64,000 bases of DNA from an uncultured delta proteobacterium (GTDB lineage Bacteria > Myxococcota_A > Polyangia > Polyangiales > Polyangiaceae): assembly GCA_963716725.1 (NCBI GenBank), contig CAVQUB010000015.1, positions 256,001 to 320,000 on the forward strand, read 5' to 3'. The stretch's first letter is position 1; the number at the start of each line of letters is the position of its first letter. A program made the position numbers and the translations under genes. Under the pieces are notes generated by a model. That model was not told where the DNA came from. It did no database searches and saw only the letters and a list, made by a program, of their open reading frames with translations. Below, in pieces: positions 27,895 through 37,700 of the stretch.

Positions 27895-29580
27895 TCACGG
27901 CGCGCTCGTGACCCAACCGTTGCGCAAGAGGTTGCCGCGACCGGTCGGCCATAGCAGGCAATTGGTGGCGGAGCCGGCCACCGTATAGACGATCACGCTC
28001 TCCTTCTTGTCCTCGGCGTCCTTGAGTGAGACGACGATTTCGACCGTTCCGTTGCCGTCGACGTCGGCAAGCGTCGGGACTGGCATCGCGCCGCGGCGGG
28101 GCAATGCGACCTTGTGGCGTTCGTTGCCGCCGGCGTCGAGCACGAACAGCGACCCGTCACCGTCGTTCGAACCGTAGCTCGCGAACACCACCTCGGGGGA
28201 GCCGTCGCCGGACAGATCGCCAACCACGACGCCACCGGTGCCGACCTGGGCGCCCGTCGTGTACTGATAGGTCCAGAGTGGCTTCTTTTTCGCGGAGACC
28301 GCGTGGATCTTGCCGTCGAAGCCGGCGAAGATGAATTCTGGACCAACCTCGCCCGGATCGATGTCGGCGATGCTCACTTGGTTGGTGACCGCGACCACGT
28401 TGTTGCCATAGTCCCAGAGCCCCGAGAGGTAGCCCGGGGCGTGGTAGGGCGATTCCCAGCCCGTGAGCCTGCTGGCATCCGGGTGCATCACCCACAAGCC
28501 GACGCCTTGCTCGCGGTCGGTCTGGGATGCGTTCTGCACGCTGCCCAGCATCACGATCTCGTTCTTCCCATCACCGTCCACGTCGGTGATGGCAGGCGCC
28601 GTGTTGGTGAAGTGAGCCTGAAGTGCCGTTGCTTCGTCGTTCGCCCACCCTTGCTGCGCAAGCGCGAGGTCGTGCAAGTAGCGAACGCCCGGCGTCTTCT
28701 TGCGGTCCACGAACATGGTGTTTGCGTCAAAGGCCTCGCCGGTGCCCTTGTGAAAGCTGGCGTAGGCGTTGTCGTGGGGCGCGACGACGTCGGCTTTTCC
28801 GTCCCCATCCAGATCTCCGACGGCGAGGTTCTGGTCGAAGCAACCAGCGAGATAGCAGTGCTGGTCGCAGCCGCTGGTGCCGGCAACGTTGGGCGGGAAA
28901 CCGGCCACGGGCGCGCCGTTGGCGTGGAAGGCGTGCATCACGTCCGTGGGGCCGCCGTGAGCCGGCGCCAGGACCAGGTCGAGCTGTCCGTCGCCGTCCA
29001 CGTCTCCAGCCGCCAGGCTCCGCATCTCGTCCTCCCAAGTCACCGGAAAACCCGAGAGCACATTGCCGCTCGCGTCGAGCAAGTAGAGTTTTTCGCGGGA
29101 GGCGTAGGCGATCTCCAGCTTCGAATCGTCACGGAAGTTCGCCACGACCGGGCTAGCCCAGATGCGGCCGCCGGTGGCGTCGTGACGAAAGAGCAAGGTT
29201 CCATCCGCGTGCCAAACCTCGAGCGCGGCGCCCCGGGGCACGATGATCTCGAGCGTGCCATCGGCGTCGAGATCGGCTACCGCCGGCGAGCCGAGCCAGC
29301 CCTCCTCCCAGCGGTCGAAGAGCGTGACCAAGGGCTTTGGCACCTGGACGTCCCCAGAGCCGCCGCCGGGCACGGGCGTGCAGGCCGCGGGTGGTGGCGT
29401 CGTTCCGCCACTGCCGCCAACGCCTCCGACGTTGCCGCTACCCCCATTGCCGCCAGCGCTACCGGTACCCCCATTGCCGCCAGCGCCACCGCTACCACCG
29501 CTACCACCGCCGCCGGTGTCGCCACCGCCACCGCATGCCGCGAGAGCGAGCGCCAACCCGCAAGTCAACAGAGCTTTCAC
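27895..29580 (-). CDS. FG-GAP/VCBS repeat lipoprotein
   Basis: Lipobox LAA-C, Gly-rich linker, repeated (A/G)DLDGDG-type motifs. Confidence 0.8.
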   Translation of the reverse strand: MKALLTCGLALALAACGGGGDTGGGGSGGSGGAGGNGGTGSAGGNGGSGNVGGVGGSGGTTPPPAACTPVPGGGSGDVQVPKPLVTLFDRWEEGWLGSPAVADLDADGTLEIIVPRGAALEVWHADGTLLFRHDATGGRIWASPVVANFRDDSKLEIAYASREKLYLLDASGNVLSGFPVTWEDEMRSLAAGDVDGDGQLDLVLAPAHGGPTDVMHAFHANGAPVAGFPPNVAGTSGCDQHCYLAGCFDQNLAVGDLDGDGKADVVAPHDNAYASFHKGTGEAFDANTMFVDRKKTPGVRYLHDLALAQQGWANDEATALQAHFTNTAPAITDVDGDGKNEIVMLGSVQNASQTDREQGVGLWVMHPDASRLTGWESPYHAPGYLSGLWDYGNNVVAVTNQVSIADIDPGEVGPEFIFAGFDGKIHAVSAKKKPLWTYQYTTGAQVGTGGVVVGDLSGDGSPEVVFASYGSNDGDGSLFVLDAGGNERHKVALPRRGAMPVPTLADVDGNGTVEIVVSLKDAEDKKESVIVYTVAGSATNCLLWPTGRGNLLRNGWVTSAP

Positions 29581-29680
29581 GGACGAACCTCCCGGGGGGC
29601 CAATAGCACACGCCTGTGCGCCGCACCATGCGGCGACAGCGTTCACTCCACCTCGGAAGCCGATCTCGTTTGTCGAGGGC

Positions 29681-30943
29681 TCAGTCGAATACGCGCTCGC
29701 CGCCCACCACCACCGCGCGCACGGGGTTCTGGCCGAAGGCGTAGCCGAGCCAACGATGGTCGGGCACGTCGCACACGATCACGTCGGCGCGTTTGCCCGG
29801 CTCGAGGCTGCCGATTTCTGCGCCGCGCCCCAGAGCGTGGGCGGCGTTGATGGTGCACGCGACCACGGCTTCGCTCGCGGTCATCTTCAGCGTGCGACAG
29901 GCGAGCGCGATGCACATGGGCAGCGACGGCGTGAACGACGAACCCGGGTTCAGATCCGTAGCGATGGCCAGGGGGATGCCCGCCTCGATCAGCTTGCGTG
30001 CAGGCGCGTACTCGGTCTGCGCCAGATGGAACGGCACGCCGGGCAAGAGCACGCCCACCGGGGGCTTGGCCGCGCCCGCGAGCGCCGAGATCCCCGCCTC
30101 GTCCAGGTGCTCGAGGTGGTCGACGCTGACCGCGCCGAGCCTGGCTCCCAGCGCTGCCGCCCCGCTGGCGGTGAACTGTTCGGCGTGCAGCTTGAGACCG
30201 AAGCCGAGCTCGCGCGCACGGGTCAGGATCCGCTCGGTTTCGGCCAAGGTGAAGGCTTCTTGCTCGCAGAAGACGTCGACGAACTCGGCCAGCTGCCCCG
30301 CGCGGATCTCTACCATCAGCGCGTCGAGCAGATCGAGATAGCCCCCGCGGTCTTGCTTGAACTCCGGCGGCACGACGTGAGCGCCGAGGAAGGTGCTGAC
30401 GATCTCCAGCGGGAGCTCGCCGGCGACGGCGCGGGCGACCTCGAGCAGCCGCAGCTCCCCTTCGCGGTCCAAGCAGTAGCCGGTCTTCGCTTCGAGGGTG
30501 GTGGTGCCGTGCTCCATGCACGCGGTGGCCCACCGCAATCCGTTGGTGACCAAGGCTCCGATGGCGGAGGCCCGGGTCTTCTTGACCGTGCTGAGGATGC
30601 CGCCGCCCTCTTTCAGGATTTCCAGGTAGGGCTTGCCTTGCATGCGTTGCTCCCACTCGGCGGAGCGGTCACCCGCGAAGACCAGGTGCGTGTGGCAATC
30701 GATGAAGCCAGGCAAGACGATGCCGCCGGCCGCATCCAGGATCTGATCGTCGCTCACGTGGTGCTCGCGGCGCAGCCGGTCGCTGGCGCCAACAGCCAGG
30801 ATCCGGTCGCCGGCGATGGCCACGGCTCCATCGCGAATGATGCGCAAGACCCCTTGCTCGGCGCCGCGGGCCGGCGCCTGCGAGAAGCCCGCGCAGGTGA
30901 CGACTTCGGCGGCGTTGACGATCAAGAGATCCGCGGTCGTCAT
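29681..30943 (-). CDS. hutI: Imidazolonepropionase
   Basis: PGFIDCHTHLVFAG, GGGILSTV, EAKTGY, FLGAH, DVFCE, KLHAEQ, ATDLNPGS. Confidence 0.95.
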   Translation of the reverse strand: MTTADLLIVNAAEVVTCAGFSQAPARGAEQGVLRIIRDGAVAIAGDRILAVGASDRLRREHHVSDDQILDAAGGIVLPGFIDCHTHLVFAGDRSAEWEQRMQGKPYLEILKEGGGILSTVKKTRASAIGALVTNGLRWATACMEHGTTTLEAKTGYCLDREGELRLLEVARAVAGELPLEIVSTFLGAHVVPPEFKQDRGGYLDLLDALMVEIRAGQLAEFVDVFCEQEAFTLAETERILTRARELGFGLKLHAEQFTASGAAALGARLGAVSVDHLEHLDEAGISALAGAAKPPVGVLLPGVPFHLAQTEYAPARKLIEAGIPLAIATDLNPGSSFTPSLPMCIALACRTLKMTASEAVVACTINAAHALGRGAEIGSLEPGKRADVIVCDVPDHRWLGYAFGQNPVRAVVVGGERVFD

Positions 30944-31293
30944 GCCAGCGTGTCTCCGGCATGCCCCCAGAGGTAGCCCGTCGCGTCCGTGAACTCGATG
31001 TAAATGCGGTCCTCCCGAACTCCGAACGCTTCGGTCAGCACCCGCGTCACGTCGGCCGAGACGTGGCGGGCGTCGTCGGCGCTCATCGTGCCTATGTTCT
31101 TCACCTCGATGTAGCAGGCGGGCTCGGTCGTGCCGGCGAAGGTCATCTCGGCGCGCGGCAGGAGGCTGGTCATCACCCATCGCTCGGGTTTGCGAAAGCG
31201 AGCAGCAAGGAGATGGGAGAGCGTGGTGAGGAGCCGCGCCCGCGCGTCGTGTGCCGGGGGCTCGGCGGAGCTGACGATCTGGATCAAGGGCAT
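30940..31293 (-). CDS. MIF/phenylpyruvate tautomerase family protein
   Basis: Met-Pro start (catalytic Pro1), KPERWVM, MTFAGTTEPACYIEVKNIG, DRIYIEF, WG. Confidence 0.85.
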   Translation of the reverse strand: MPLIQIVSSAEPPAHDARARLLTTLSHLLAARFRKPERWVMTSLLPRAEMTFAGTTEPACYIEVKNIGTMSADDARHVSADVTRVLTEAFGVREDRIYIEFTDATGYLWGHAGDTLA

Positions 31294-31426
31294 GGCGAGG
31301 CGAGAGGTTAGAGCATCTCGGGTTCGAGCACGAACCACCGCGTCTGCAGGCCGGAACCGCGCCAGATGGCAGGTGGATCCGCAACTGGCGTGTCGTTCCC
31401 TGCGGCGATCCACGCTATGACGAGCC

Positions 31427-32710
31427 GTGACGAATCACCGCGCAATGCTGGTGGGCCTGGTCGTCGGCGCGGGCTCGGGCCTGGCCGCCAACGCCTTTGC
31501 CCACGATTCGCCATGGGTGCGCGGGTTCACGGACTACGCCGCAGTGCCGGTCGGACAGATCTTCCTCCGGCTCTTGTTCATGATGGTCATCCCGCTGCTG
31601 TTCGCGGCGCTGGTCCTCGGCGTGGCCGAGCTCGATCTCCGGCACCTCGGCCGGCTCGGCGGGCGGATGATCGGCTACACGGTGGTGGTTTCCGCCATCG
31701 CCGTGACCATCGGCATCACGCTGGTGAACGTGATCGGGCCTGGACGCGGGATCTCGACGGAGGGCCTCGCGCTCGGAGCTCAAGCGGCGACCCTCAAAGT
31801 GGCTTCGACGCCCCTCGACACGTCGCCGGTGGCGCTGATCGTCGGGCTATTTCCCGACAACGTCGTCCGCGCCGCCGCCAACGGCGACATGCTGGCGGTC
31901 ATCGCCTTCTCCCTGATCTTCGGCACCGGGCTGGCCCTGACCAAGTCCGAGGGGGCGGCTCGTCTGAAGGACGCCATCACGGGGCTCTACGACGTCAGCA
32001 TGCGCATCATCCACGGCGTGCTGCGGCTGGCGCCGCTCGGCGTGTTCGCGCTGATGTTCTCGGCCACCTCGCGCCTCGGTCTCGATCTCTTGCGGCTGAT
32101 CGCGATCTACGTGCTGGTGGTGCTGCTCGGCCTCGGCTTGCACATGTTCGTGGTGTACTCGCTGAGCGTGAAGTTCTTCGGTGGGCGCGACCCCCGAGAG
32201 TTCTTCCGTTCGGTGCGGCTCGCCATGGTCACGGCGTTCTCCACGGCGTCGAGCAACGCTTCTCTGCCCGCCGCGCTCGAGGTCGCCGAACAGAACTTGA
32301 AACTCCCGCGTCACGTGAGTCGTTTCGTGCTGACGGCCGGGAGCAGCATGAATCAAAACGGCACTGCGCTCTTCGAAGGAGTCACGGTGCTATTTTTGGC
32401 TCAGGTCTACGGCGTGCATTTGGGCTTTGGTCAGCAGATATTGGTGGTTTTCGTCTGCATTTTGGCCGGCATCGGCACCGCGGGGGTGCCGGCGGGATCG
32501 CTGCCCGTGATCGCCATGATCCTCGGCATGCTGAAGATCCCGGTGGAGGGCATTGGGCTCATCCTCGGGGTGGATCGACTCTTGGACATGTGCCGGACCA
32601 CGCTGAACGTCACCGGAGATCTGGCGGCGGCGGTGTTTGTGGCGCGAGGCGAGGTCGACGAGACCGACGAGACCGACGAGGGCGGGGGAGACCCGGCAGC
32701 GGGAGGCTGA
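31427..32710 (+). CDS. Dicarboxylate/amino acid:cation symporter (GltP-like, DAACS)
   Basis: AFSTASSNASLP, MNQNGTALF, GTAGVP, VDRLLDMCRTTLNVTGD. Confidence 0.92.
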   Translation: MTNHRAMLVGLVVGAGSGLAANAFAHDSPWVRGFTDYAAVPVGQIFLRLLFMMVIPLLFAALVLGVAELDLRHLGRLGGRMIGYTVVVSAIAVTIGITLVNVIGPGRGISTEGLALGAQAATLKVASTPLDTSPVALIVGLFPDNVVRAAANGDMLAVIAFSLIFGTGLALTKSEGAARLKDAITGLYDVSMRIIHGVLRLAPLGVFALMFSATSRLGLDLLRLIAIYVLVVLLGLGLHMFVVYSLSVKFFGGRDPREFFRSVRLAMVTAFSTASSNASLPAALEVAEQNLKLPRHVSRFVLTAGSSMNQNGTALFEGVTVLFLAQVYGVHLGFGQQILVVFVCILAGIGTAGVPAGSLPVIAMILGMLKIPVEGIGLILGVDRLLDMCRTTLNVTGDLAAAVFVARGEVDETDETDEGGGDPAAGG

Positions 32711-32780
32711 TCCAAGAACCGGGTCTGCGTGGGGGAGGACTGAACCGAAGCGGGGCAACTCTATGCCCGCGCGAATTGTG

Positions 32781-32916
32781 GTGGGCGCCAAACGCCACGC
32801 CGGAAGGCGTTGCGACGTGGTCGATGTCGCTGTGGACGCCAAACGCCACCTGGCAGCGCGCTCTGACGTGGTCGATGTCGCCGTGGGCGCCAAACGCCAC
32901 GCCGGAAGGCGCTGCG
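32781..32916. repeat. Intergenic 51-bp tandem repeat (~2.7 copies) with hairpin core GTGG(G/A)CGCCAAACGCCAC
   Basis: Units start at 32781, 32832 and 32883; located between convergent symporter and hutU genes. Confidence 0.85.
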
Positions 32917-32923
32917 CGACTCC

Positions 32924-34684
32924 TCAGGGCACCTCGACGCCCTTCGCGGTCGCGGTCTCGATGGCCTCGGGGTAGCCCGCGATGGCGTGACGGGCCACGC
33001 CGACGCCTGGATCGACGGTGAGCACGCGGTCGAGGCGTTCGGCGCGCGCGTCGGTGCCATCGGCTACGACGACCATGCCCGCGTGCAGCGAGTTGCCGAT
33101 GCCGACGCCGCCGCCGTGGTGGAAGCTCACCCACGACGCCCCGGATGCGGTGTTGAGCGCAAAGTTCAGGAGCGCCCAGTCGGCGATGGCGTCGGAGCCG
33201 TCCCGCATGGCCTCGGTCTCGCGGTCCGGCGAGGCCACCGAGCCACAGTCGAGGTGATCCCGCCCGATGGCGACGGGCGCGCTCACCTTGCCGTCGTGGA
33301 TCAGCCGGTTCATCGCGAGGCCGAACTTGGCGCGATCGCCGTAGCCCAGCCAGCAGATGCGGGTGGGCATGGCCAAGAACGGCACCCGCTCGCTGGCCAG
33401 GCGCACCCAGCGATGCAGGCCTTCGTCGTCGGGGAACACCTTCAGGAGCTCCGCGTCGATCGCGTGGATGTCCTTGGCATCACCGCTCAAGGCGGCCCAA
33501 CGGAACGGGCCGAGTCCGCGGGAGAAGAGCGGGCGGATGTAGGCCGGGACGAAGCCCGGATACTTCCAGTGCCCGCTTTCGTCGCGCGCGCTCACGCCCG
33601 CGAGCTCGGCCTGGGCCCGCAGGTTGTTGCCGTAGTCGAAGGCGATGGCGCCGCGCCGCTGCATCTCGAGGATGGCTTCGACGTGCTTGGCGATGGCTGC
33701 CAGCGATCGCCGGTGGTACTCGGCGAGGTCTTTGCCTCGGAGCGTGTCGAGCTCGGAGAGATCGCCTTCCGGCACGTAGGCGCCAAGATCGTGGGCCGGG
33801 GTCTGATCGGTGACCATGTCCGGGGTCACGTTGCGGCGGACCAGCTCGGGATAGACCTCCGCCGCGTTGCCGACCAGGCCAATCGACAGACCGCGGCCCG
33901 CGCGCTTGGCTTCGTCGGCCCAGGCCAGCGCCTCGTCGAGGGAGTGGGTCATCTTGTCGCAGTAGCCTTCGGCCACCTTGCGCTCGACGCGATCGGCGCG
34001 GACCTCGACGTCGATCACCACGCCTTCGTTCATGGTCACGGCCATCGGTTGCGCGCCGCTCATGCCGCCAAGGCCCGCGGTGAGGACAAGCTTGCCCGCG
34101 AGGGACGGCACGCCGTAGTGCTTCTCGGCCGCTGCGAGGAAGGTCTGATAGGTGCCCTGCAAGATGCCTTGGGTGCCGATGTAGATCCAAGAACCGGCGG
34201 TCATCTGCCCGTACATGGTGAGCCCCATGCGGTCGAGTTCGTCGAAGTTCGACTGTGTTGCCCACTTGGGGACCAGGTTGCTGTTCGCGATGAGCACCCG
34301 GGGCGCGTGCTCGTGGGTCTTCGCGACGTACACCGCGCGACCGGACTGCACGCACAACGTCTCGTCGGGTGCGAGGCCGTCGAGCAGCGCCGTGATCTTG
34401 GAATACTCGTGCCAGTTCCGCGCGGCGCGTCCACTGCCGCCGTAGACGACCAGGTGTTGCCAGTCCACGGCGTTGGCCGGATCGAGGTTGTTCATCAACA
34501 TGCGCTTGGCGGCTTCGGCGTCCCAGCTCCGGGCGCTTCGCCGGGTGCCGCGTGGGGCGCGGGGCGCTTCGGCCGGGCGGGCGGCCATGTGCAAAGGTCG
34601 CCCATGACGAGCGAGCTCGCTGCCGATGTCGCAGGAGCACCCGTACTTTGCCCGCTCGTTTTCGACGATCTCGCGATCCTGCAT
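32924..34684 (-). CDS. hutU: Urocanate hydratase
   Basis: [59 protein letters not shown]; alternative start ATG at ~34588. Confidence 0.96.
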   Translation of the reverse strand: MQDREIVENERAKYGCSCDIGSELARHGRPLHMAARPAEAPRAPRGTRRSARSWDAEAAKRMLMNNLDPANAVDWQHLVVYGGSGRAARNWHEYSKITALLDGLAPDETLCVQSGRAVYVAKTHEHAPRVLIANSNLVPKWATQSNFDELDRMGLTMYGQMTAGSWIYIGTQGILQGTYQTFLAAAEKHYGVPSLAGKLVLTAGLGGMSGAQPMAVTMNEGVVIDVEVRADRVERKVAEGYCDKMTHSLDEALAWADEAKRAGRGLSIGLVGNAAEVYPELVRRNVTPDMVTDQTPAHDLGAYVPEGDLSELDTLRGKDLAEYHRRSLAAIAKHVEAILEMQRRGAIAFDYGNNLRAQAELAGVSARDESGHWKYPGFVPAYIRPLFSRGLGPFRWAALSGDAKDIHAIDAELLKVFPDDEGLHRWVRLASERVPFLAMPTRICWLGYGDRAKFGLAMNRLIHDGKVSAPVAIGRDHLDCGSVASPDRETEAMRDGSDAIADWALLNFALNTASGASWVSFHHGGGVGIGNSLHAGMVVVADGTDARAERLDRVLTVDPGVGVARHAIAGYPEAIETATAKGVEVP

Positions 34685-34770
34685 GGGCGCGGAGCATAGC
34701 CCGCTCCTCGGGAAAATCGGAGGGTCAGGGCTGCGCGGCGGGCATGATAAGGTCTAACGTCGCTTCAGCC

Positions 34771-37700
34771 ATGGCAGCGGACGACGCATCCGGGTCCAAG
34801 AAACCACCCGTTCAGGGAAAGCGCTCGGTGCCGCCGCCGCCGCGCAAGGCTCCACCACCACAGCCGCCGGTCGGGTCGAATCCGAAGGCAGCGGTTCCTC
34901 CGCCGCCGCCGCAACGGCACCCAGCCGGCACCTCACCCGCCACGGGCGGCTCCGTCCGCGTGGTCCCGCCGCCGGTCGCGGTGGGCTCGGCCACCCAGAC
35001 TCCGAAGCCAGCTGCGGCCATGGCGATCCCGCCTCCGCTGCCGCAGTCACCGTCAGCGCAGTCGCCGTCTGCGCACTCACCGGCACCACACTCACCGGCA
35101 CCGCCGCCCGTTGCACCGCCGGTCGCGCCGCCGGTGCATCTCAAGACCGACATGGGACTTGGCGTCGCGCCCGTCAGCGAGACCCCGGTCTGGGCCCAGC
35201 GCGCGCTCCGGAAGCTCGACGCGGAGCTCGCGCGCACGAGCGATCCTCTGCGCGTCGGGCGCCTGCACTTCGAGATCGGGCGGCTCTACGAGTCGCCGCT
35301 CGGCGAGCTTGCGAGCGCCGCCGATCACTATCAGAAGGCGTACGCCACCTGTCCCGATCACTTGCCCACGCTGCGCGGCGCGCGGCGCGTGCTTTGCGCG
35401 ACCAAGAACTTCCACGGGGCGCTGCCGCTCTTCGACGCCGAAGCGCGCTACCTGTCCGAGCCGAGCCTCAAGGCTCAGCTGTTTTACGAGAAGGGACGCA
35501 CGCTCGAAGATCATCTGGCGCAGAAGCGTGAGGCCCGCGACGCCTACGCTGCGGCGGTCGATCTCGACGGACAGAATGCAACGTACCTGAAGGCCCTCGA
35601 ACGCGTCGATACGCAGGCCAAGGCCTGGGATGCCCTGGACAAGACCCTCGAACGCTCCGCAAACGCGGTCTCGAGCGATGCGCGTCACCGCGCGGCTCTG
35701 TTGGTCGAGCGCGCCCGCTTGGTCGAGGCGCGCAAGAGCGACAGCCGCACCGCCACGGAGTTGTACAACGAGGCTCTGGGCTTCGATCCCCGGGCTCCCG
35801 CCGCGCTCGAGGCCCTGAAGCGCCTGCACTACGCGCACCAACGCTGGCGAGACCTCACCTTCGTGCTCCAGCGCGAAGCGGAGCAGGCCAGCGACGTCAC
35901 CGTGCGGGGCATGGCCTACTACCGCATGGGCCGCGTGTTGGTCGATCGCCTCGGACATTTGGACGAAGGGCTCAGCGCCTTCGAACGTGCCGCGAGCGAG
36001 TTGCCCCACGAGCCGATGGTGCTGGAGGCGCTAGCGCGGCTCTACGAGCTGTCGAAACGCTGGGACGCCATCGCCAGCGTGCTCGAGCGCCTGTCGGATC
36101 TGGCGCGGTCCGATAGCGAGAAGCTGGGCATTCAACACCGCATCGGGCAGATCGCCGACGAGCGCCTGAACGACGAAGCGCGAGCCATCACCTGGTTCTC
36201 CAGCGCACTGTCGCTCGATCCGACCTACCTGCCCGCGCTGCAAGCGCTGGGCAAGATTTACACTCGCCGGCAGCAATGGGCCGAGCTGATCGAGATGCAT
36301 CTGGCCGAAGCCGGCGCAACGGCCGACGCGACCCGCAAGGCCGGCGCCCACGGCCGAGTCGCGGCCATCTACGAGGAACGCCTCGGCAACATCGAGCACG
36401 CCACGGCCCACCACTCGCGCGCGTTGGGGCTCGTGCCGGGCTACGCGTCGAGCTTCAAGGCGCTCTCCCGCATCTTCCAACAGGCGGGAAAGTGGCGTGA
36501 ATTGGTCGAACTCTTCGAGCGCGCGGTGGACGAGGCGAAGGAGCCCGAGACCAAGATCACCTACCTGTTCAAGATCGGTCGAGCCTGGGAAGACGCCCTC
36601 GGGTCGCCCGTCCACGCCATGAGCGCCTACAAACGCGTGCTCGACGTCTCGCCGAACCACGTGGGTGCCATCCACGCAGTGCAGCGCGCTGCCGAGCGCG
36701 CGGGTCGCTACAAGGAGTTGGTCTGGGCCCTGGAGCTCGAGGCCGAGAAGGCCACCGACAAGCGCCAAGCCGTGATGCTCCAGCACCGCGCGGGGGAGGT
36801 CTACGAAGACTGTCTGGCCGATGTCGAGAGCGCGATCGCTCGCTACAAACACGTCGTCGAGCTGGACTGCGGCTACCAACCCGCGCTGAGCAGCCTGGGC
36901 CGTTTGTTCTATGCCGCTGGTCGCTGGGAAGATCTGCTCGATACCTACAAGCGCGAGCTCGAGGTTGCGGCCAAGGGCGTCGCGTCGGCGGCGCTGCTGT
37001 ACAAGATGGGCGAACTGAGCGAGGAGCGCATTGGCAACGACGACGACGCCATTGGCTACTATCGCCGGGCCATTGACGCCGATCCCTTCCATCAGCCCGC
37101 GCTGCACGCGCTGGGGCGTAAGCTGGCCGAGCGTGGGCAGTGGCCCGAGCTCGTGAAGGTGATCGAGCTCGAGCTCTCGGGCCTGAAGGACCCGGCGGAA
37201 CGGGCGCGGGCTGCTTTCCACCTGGGCGAGGTCTACGAAAACCGTCTCTCTCAGGCGGATCGGGCGCTGGCTGCTTACGAGCAGGCCCTGGTGGCAGTTC
37301 CCGAGTTTCGCCCGGCGGCCGACGGCCGCTCGCGGCTGCTCACTCTGGCGCGGGACTACAAACGCCTCGCCGAAGACTTGGCGCGCGAGGTCAGCAGCGC
37401 CAGCGATCCGGTCGTGGCGATGGTGGCGCTCTTCCGTCAGGGCGAGCTCTTTCGCGACGAGCTCGGTGACACTCGACGCGCTATCGAGTCCTTCGAAGGG
37501 GTGCTCTCACGCGACCCGTCGCACCTCGGGGCGCTGCTGGCCCTCGAGCCGCTGTACACCGAGGTCGGCGCTTGGGAGCCTCTGGCACGGATATTCGCCA
37601 CCGAGGCTCGGGTCCTCACCGACTCGGGGGCCAGAGTCGCCGCGCTGAAGGAGCTCGCGCGCCTCGAAGAGATCCGCGGCGTGGGCAAGCCCGAGGAGAT

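Noticed and set aside
29681..31384. 567-aa HutI with long N-terminal extension
   Set aside because: The upstream part overlaps the MIF gene in another frame; HutI starts at ATG 30943
32781..32916. Possible mini CRISPR array
   Set aside because: Fewer than three full units, variable part only ~14 nt and nearly the same in units 1 and 3; no cas genes or leader
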